Source: Candidatus Micrarchaeota archaeon
GTDB taxonomy: Archaea > Micrarchaeota > Micrarchaeia > Anstonellales > JAHKLY01
DNA length: 64,000 bases
NCBI GenBank assembly: GCA_020854825.1
Contig: JAHKLY010000002.1
Coordinates: 64,001-128,000, forward strand
Reading direction: 5' to 3'
Shown: in pieces, positions 58,636 to 64,000 of the stretch
Layout of the letters: each line of letters starts with the position of its first letter
How positions within the stretch are numbered: the stretch's first letter is position 1
The notes under the pieces: model-generated
Told to the model about the DNA's origin: nothing
Database searches by the model: none
What the model saw: only the letters and a program-made list of their open reading frames with translations
Made by a program: the position numbers and the translations under genes

Positions 58636-58792
58636 ATGTATTTTTTTACATTTTAAATACATTAATTTTGCACTGTTTTTTGCTTGTGTAAGTAATTCTT
58701 TTTGATCAATTCTTTACTCTTTTTTATCTTTTATTTACTCTTTTATTATATTTTGATTAGTATTATAAATAAAATGTTATAAATATACTTTT

Positions 58793-59506
58793 ATGCAAAA
58801 ACAAACTTCTAATGTTGAATCTTTATCAAAATCTCTAATAGTAATAACTAGGGGAGCACATGTTGCTGAAACTATTTCTTTTATAACTGCAAAACTTTTA
58901 GTCGATAGAATGAAAAAGCAAGGTTGTAATGTTGTACTAGAAACAGAGGACTATAGAAACTCCCCAACTTACAGGATCAGAATGAATAGATTACATAATA
59001 CGAAGTTTAAGATTGATGATGAAGAATTTCAAAAAGAAGCACAATCAAATATATTTTGGACTAGGCAAATAGAAGATAAATATACTATTGATTATAAAAA
59101 ACCATATATTTTTGATATGCACACTTCAGAAGAATATTTTTTTGCCACAACCAATGTTGAATTATATAAGTAGAATGCAGAATTTAATGTGGGGGGAAAT
59201 AGTTCTAAATTTAAAGGCCAAATTGCAAGTTTTAGAGGTTGGGTTTGGCCTGTAGCAGATAACCATTTTGCAATTGAAATGCATGGACCTGTTAAATTAG
59301 ATAAAAATGGAAATAAACTTACATATTGGAATCTACAAGATATTGAAGACTATAAAAAAAGAAGAATTAATAGAGATTCTCCAATATACGATAATAAACT
59401 AGCATGGAAAAAAGGATACTTTAGTAAAGTAATTTTAGATAAAATAATAAGATTAATTCATGCTATTATTAAAACTGAAGGTAAAGAAAGCTTACTAATT
59501 ACTTAG
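58793..59506 (+). pseudogene. M14-like zinc hydrolase ORF split by an in-frame TAG (59171-59173)
   Basis: The two track ORFs share one frame; GAHVAE (HxxE), FDMHT and a downstream AIEM. Confidence 0.5.
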
Positions 59507-59548
59507 TTTTAACTTATATGTTATTAAGTATTTTATAGTCTTTAAATA

Positions 59549-60706
59549 TTATCTAGTTAATTTTTCAAATTCTTTTATATATGTGTCATCTAATTCAGGA
59601 TTAGAAAATTCACTTAGTTTGTTTATTTTTATACTAAGTAAATATGTTATTTTCATTAATTCTTGTTTTAACTCGTCTTTATCCTTTGGATCTATTAGTT
59701 CATCATTAAGATATCTAGTGTAAATATCCATTGCATACCCTAAACAGTGTTCACGATACTCTGTAGGTAACGTAGAATCACTGGAAATTATTAAACTTGC
59801 ATATATCATTTGAGATATTTCATTTGTTGCGTGTGAACTATCATGAAATGATTCATAATTAATTACTCCAAACATGTCTTTAAAATAATTAACTGCGTCT
59901 TTAATTCCTTTAAGCTTATATTTTTCAATTGAATAATCATAAATAGTAGTTTCAAATTGTTTGATTGCACCTGCTTTTAAATAAAAATATGCAGCGTCTA
60001 TTGAATTAATACTTTCAGCAGTTTCAAAATACATTACTTTTGCATCAAATTTTGTAAATATTTGTTTATTATGTTCTCCTTTTTCGTTTTTTGTTATAAA
60101 GATCCCAGTTTTTCCATCTTCTAAAAAGGTTATTTCATTTTCTAAGATGTCTCCTGCCATGTAAGTTATAAATGCATAATTAAAATGTTTTTTTGGATCT
60201 ATTTCTCTTTTTTCGTTTTTATTTTGTCTGTATTGAGCTATTGACATTAATGCCATATTTTGATTACCTGCATTATTTTCAATTTTTAATAGAATATTTG
60301 AATAAACGATTGCGGCACCATAATTATGTTCTTCCCAAAGTGCTTTATTTATACAGTTTTTTAAAAATTCTGTTACTTCTATTTCATTTAATTCCTTTAA
60401 TATATTATCTTTATTCTTTGAAGAAAATATTTCATTAATTATTGGATCAATTCTTAATAATTCTAATTGAGTAGTTAATGTTTTTTCAATTGAATAAAAC
60501 GAAGAAAGAAAAGGATTTTTTCTTATTTTTCCATTATTAAATGCTTCATCTATCAAACTAAATAGATTTGCAAAATTACCTGCTGCCATTTCTTCTTCTA
60601 CAATTGTTATAATATTTTTTGAATATACATTCATACTTATACTAGTTGTATTTTTTTTAGTGGATTTATCTTCACTATGACTAGGGATAGCAACATAAAA
60701 TAACAT
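59549..60706 (-). CDS. hypothetical helical (TPR-like) protein
   Basis: 385-aa ORF coupled to the upstream gene by a TAATG overlap. Confidence 0.55.
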   Translation of the reverse strand: MLFYVAIPSHSEDKSTKKNTTSISMNVYSKNIITIVEEEMAAGNFANLFSLIDEAFNNGKIRKNPFLSSFYSIEKTLTTQLELLRIDPIINEIFSSKNKDNILKELNEIEVTEFLKNCINKALWEEHNYGAAIVYSNILLKIENNAGNQNMALMSIAQYRQNKNEKREIDPKKHFNYAFITYMAGDILENEITFLEDGKTGIFITKNEKGEHNKQIFTKFDAKVMYFETAESINSIDAAYFYLKAGAIKQFETTIYDYSIEKYKLKGIKDAVNYFKDMFGVINYESFHDSSHATNEISQMIYASLIISSDSTLPTEYREHCLGYAMDIYTRYLNDELIDPKDKDELKQELMKITYLLSIKINKLSEFSNPELDDTYIKEFEKLTR

Positions 60707-61296
60707 TATTTAGCCTCTTTTAATGATTCTAAAATTTCATTACAGTCTTCAATACCTTGAGAATTACCTGTTTCTTCAAATAATTTTTTAGCTCTTTCTA
60801 AGTATTCTTCTGATGTTATCATACCTCTTCCTGGTTTTCCATTATAGGCTTTTGAACCTATATGCATCAAATATTCTGCAAATTGTTTATAATTCTCAGC
60901 TGCCCTATTAGTATTTTCATTTATTTCTTCTTCAGTATCTAAGTATTCATTAAATTCTAATCCCATTGTTGCTGCGTTTAAATATTCTTTTTCCTCTTCT
61001 AATTTTGATAGTGCTGATTTTATTTTTTCTTTTCCGTCTTTTATATTTAAATTTAATTCCATTGTATTAAATATTAAAAATATGGCAGTCATTGGTTTGT
61101 TATTATTCATATAAAATTCATAATCTTTCAAATATTGAGTACTTAAAATATTTTCTTCTTCTTGGGTGAAAGTTATTTCTTTTAATGGTTCTTTTTTAGG
61201 AAATGGATCAGCAAGTGTAGAAGTAGCTAATGTTAAGCCAACTAACCCAATTCGCATAATTCTATTAATTTTATTTTTAAGTTTTGCTTTTTCCAT
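60706..61296 (-). CDS. hypothetical exported helical protein
   Basis: Basic N-terminus followed by a hydrophobic signal-like segment. Confidence 0.55.
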   Translation of the reverse strand: MEKAKLKNKINRIMRIGLVGLTLATSTLADPFPKKEPLKEITFTQEEENILSTQYLKDYEFYMNNNKPMTAIFLIFNTMELNLNIKDGKEKIKSALSKLEEEKEYLNAATMGLEFNEYLDTEEEINENTNRAAENYKQFAEYLMHIGSKAYNGKPGRGMITSEEYLERAKKLFEETGNSQGIEDCNEILESLKEAK

Positions 61297-61339
61297 ACTT
61301 TATTTATAAATAGTGATATATTTATACATTTTTATAGGA

Positions 61340-62005
61340 TTATTCATGTCCAAAAATATTTCTTAGTTTTTTAATTATAAATTCTTCAAGAAATCTTCTT
61401 AGGTCTTCTGTTTTTAAATATTCTTCTTTAGCTTGTTCAAAAGCAATATTATAATTTTTATCCTTTGAAGGAAGTCTAGTGTGTAATTGATTTATTGTTA
61501 AAGCTCCTAATAATTCACAAAATCCTTCTCCTCTATAACCATAGCTTGATCTTTCTGGATCAAAAACAAGTCCACTAATCTCATTATCTAATAATTTTGG
61601 AAAAAATAGAAGTGCGTATTTAAATATTAATTCATGACCTAATTCATGACTCATTACATTTTCTATCCCATTTTTGCAAGGAGAAGGATATGCAAAAACA
61701 TATCGAATTTTAACTACTTTTGTTGGTTTTATACCAGTAAATTCTATTTGAGTAAAATGTTGAGTATATGCATGATAATCATTTTTTAATGTAGATTTTA
61801 GTTTAATAATTCTATCTTCCGAAGCAGGTGTTCTATATTTTTCTTCAATTTGTGTATTAAGTTCTTCAAATGTCAATCCTATCTTTGATTCTATTATTCT
61901 TTGTTGTTTTAAAAATAAATTAGCCATAAAATCATTTACTTTTTTGCCAAACTTACCTTTTATTCTAAGTTTTGTTTTTCCTATTTTATATACATTTGAA
62001 ACCAT
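61340..62005 (-). CDS. putative zincin metallopeptidase
   Basis: HELGH followed by EGFCE (gluzincin-like third ligand). Confidence 0.6.
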   Translation of the reverse strand: MVSNVYKIGKTKLRIKGKFGKKVNDFMANLFLKQQRIIESKIGLTFEELNTQIEEKYRTPASEDRIIKLKSTLKNDYHAYTQHFTQIEFTGIKPTKVVKIRYVFAYPSPCKNGIENVMSHELGHELIFKYALLFFPKLLDNEISGLVFDPERSSYGYRGEGFCELLGALTINQLHTRLPSKDKNYNIAFEQAKEEYLKTEDLRRFLEEFIIKKLRNIFGHE

Positions 62006-62046
62006 ATTTTTATTGTGTTTTTTTGAGTTTATAAATGTATCTTAAT

Positions 62047-63294
62047 CTATAAAAGAAGTGTGGCTAAACCTAGGAATACAAAGAATCCAAGAACATCTGT
62101 AGCAGTTGTAATGAATATTGTTGCAGAAGATGCAGGATCTTTTCCTAATTTAGTCATAACTAATGGAATTAATGCACCAAATAGGCCTGCAATCATTAAA
62201 TTAGTAATCATTGCAATACCAATGATTAATCCTAATAATGGGTTATGATTCCATAAACTAGCGATTATTGCTACTAAAATACCATTTATTATACCATTTA
62301 TTGCTCCTGCAGTAAGCTCATTAATAATAACTTGCTTAGCAGTTTTAGAATTAATTTTATTTAATGTAAGTCCTCTAACCATTACTGCTAATGTTTGAGT
62401 TCCTGCGTTACCTCCCATTCCTGCAACTATTGGCATATAAACTGCTAATAACACAAATGCAGATATTGTTTCTTGAAATAGACTAACAATAGACGCAGCT
62501 AAAAATGCAGTTCCTAAATTTATTATTAACCATTTATATCTACTTTTAACTTTAGTTAAAGGCGGATCTAAAACTTGTTCCTCTTTTTTAATTCCTGCAA
62601 AATCACGAAGACTAGTAGAAGTTTTTTCTTCTATTATTCTTAAAATATCATCTGAATAGATTATCCCCAATATGCATCGATTTTCATCTAAAACTATTAT
62701 TTTAGAATGTGCGTTTTTTTTGAATATTTCAATTATTTTATGTTTATGGGTGTCATGTTTAATTGTAGGTATCTTTTTAATATATTTAAATATTTTTTCA
62801 GTCTTCCTTTTTGAAATAAATATTAATGGAGATAATTCTCCTTTTAAATAACCATTTTTCATTACAAGAATCGTGGGAAACTTTCCAGTTCTCTTTTCAT
62901 GGTATCTAACCATTTTAGAAATTTCTTTAAAAGTTGTATCTATATCAACTTCAACAAATTCCAAACTCATTAAATCTGCTGCTGTTCTTAAATCAAATCT
63001 AAGTAAATATTCTACTTTTTCTTTGATTTCCTTTTCTAATTCACGTAATATTGGTTTTTGTCTCTTTAAATTAATATTTTTTAATAATATATATATGTCA
63101 TCAAAATCTAAAAATTCAATTAATCTAAGTATTTCATTATTGGTTAGATTATTCATTAGTTCTATTTGTAATTTTTTGGGTAATTTTAATAAAACAAACC
63201 CTTGATTATTAGTAGGTATTTTTTTAAATATTTTAATCCTATCAGATTTTGAATTAATTAACTTAGTTATGACATTTTGTTTGTTAATTTTCAT
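62047..63294 (-). CDS. mgtE: magnesium transporter MgtE
   Basis: CBS pair, RYKWL, GMGGNAGTQT, DPASSA, TTATDVLG. Confidence 0.93.
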   Translation of the reverse strand: MKINKQNVITKLINSKSDRIKIFKKIPTNNQGFVLLKLPKKLQIELMNNLTNNEILRLIEFLDFDDIYILLKNINLKRQKPILRELEKEIKEKVEYLLRFDLRTAADLMSLEFVEVDIDTTFKEISKMVRYHEKRTGKFPTILVMKNGYLKGELSPLIFISKRKTEKIFKYIKKIPTIKHDTHKHKIIEIFKKNAHSKIIVLDENRCILGIIYSDDILRIIEEKTSTSLRDFAGIKKEEQVLDPPLTKVKSRYKWLIINLGTAFLAASIVSLFQETISAFVLLAVYMPIVAGMGGNAGTQTLAVMVRGLTLNKINSKTAKQVIINELTAGAINGIINGILVAIIASLWNHNPLLGLIIGIAMITNLMIAGLFGALIPLVMTKLGKDPASSATIFITTATDVLGFFVFLGLATLLL

Positions 63295-63325
63295 TGTACT
63301 TTTTAATTTAAGTTATTTTTTAAAT

Positions 63326-63514
63326 TTAACTCTTAAAAAACTTGTATGTTGGTCTTACTGCCAAAATTAAAGCAATTAATAAAAATATATGCCATTCAAT
63401 AAATAATATCTTGGGAAACAAAATAACAATACATAAGGTTGCAAAAAAAACTGAACCTTTTGTTAGTATAATATCTAAAATATCCATATTTTTAACTTTT
63501 TTATTTAAATTCAT
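63326..63514 (-). CDS. small membrane protein
   Basis: 62 aa, two TMs, GAGGTGA SD. Confidence 0.55.
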   Translation of the reverse strand: MNLNKKVKNMDILDIILTKGSVFFATLCIVILFPKILFIEWHIFLLIALILAVRPTYKFFKS

Positions 63515-63525
63515 ACACTCACCTC

Positions 63526-63789
63526 TTATTTACTAGTTGCAGATCTAAAAAATCCTGCTATAAATCCCAACATTGCTCCAATTGCAATTAAATCAGGATT
63601 TGTTATATCAAAAATCTGTTCAAATCCTTTTAAAACAAAAACATTTAAAAATGGAATAATACTTACAATTGCTCCACTAATTGCACCCATAACTGCACCA
63701 ATACTAGCAAATATAAAAATTGCAAGAATTCCTATTAATATTGCAAAAACACTTCCTAATGCAATATCCCAATTTTTTAAAAAATTCAT
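63526..63789 (-). CDS. small Gly-rich membrane protein
   Basis: Hydrophobic GxxxG helices; GAGGTGA SD. Confidence 0.6.
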   Translation of the reverse strand: MNFLKNWDIALGSVFAILIGILAIFIFASIGAVMGAISGAIVSIIPFLNVFVLKGFEQIFDITNPDLIAIGAMLGFIAGFFRSATSK

Positions 63790-63799
63790 ATTTATCACC

Positions 63800-64000
63800 T
63801 CAATTAAGTATAAAGATATAATAATTTAATATGGTTGCAAAAGAAACCCATAATATATACGGTATGAGTAGGTATGCTGCCTTTTTATCAAGTTTATAGA
63901 ATAATTTCATAATTAAAACTATAAATAACCATAAAAAAATTATACATATTAAACCAAATAATGGAGAAGTTAAACCAAAAAATAGAATTGACCATAAAGT
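63800..64000 (-). CDS. tspO: TspO/MBR family protein, C-terminal part (5' end outside the window)
   Basis: Hand translation ...LWSILFFG...AAYLLIPYILWVSFATILN. Confidence 0.85.
   Translation of the reverse strand, partial: TLWSILFFGLTSPLFGLICIIFLWLFIVLIMKLFYKLDKKAAYLLIPYILWVSFATILNYYIFILN

Noticed and set aside
59171-59173. Genome-wide TAG reassignment
   Set aside because: Conserved genes (rpoL, dut, mgtE) end at TAG at their expected C-termini, and no long conserved gene has an internal TAG.
1820-63536. Many 60-180 aa track ORFs antisense to or nested in real genes (e.g. 1820-2197, 10135-10671, 18846-19196, 38807-39157, 62873-63205)
   Set aside because: Shadow frames of genes with clear motifs; I/F/S-biased composition and no independent motifs.

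Overview
Very AT-rich, gene-dense archaeal chromosome segment. The archaeal origin is clear from aIF-2beta, aIF-1A, PCNA, RpoL, Csl4, aCPSF1, proteasome beta, archaeal-type LeuRS, TopA and SecDF, TATA-box promoters and BHB-type tRNA introns. The compact content and many orphans suggest a DPANN lineage, possibly Micrarchaeota-like (inference). The window carries housekeeping genes, an nrdR-nrdD-nrdG operon with NrdR boxes, two toxin-antitoxin-like pairs, an SRP RNA and three intron-containing tRNAs (Cys, His, Ser). The main candidate for an undescribed system is a tightly coupled array of six divergent paralogous polytopic membrane proteins (22364-29149) whose shared motifs resemble the CedA/VirB6-type channel of archaeal DNA-import systems. 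Other notable items: a plant-Whirly-like protein, two peptidoglycan-hydrolase-type enzymes without signal peptides, two T-loop tRNA introns with the same unusual architecture, an SRP RNA apparently lacking helix 6, an origin-like repeat cluster, and small ORFs missed by the ORF track. All family assignments come from motifs recognised by eye; no searches were run.
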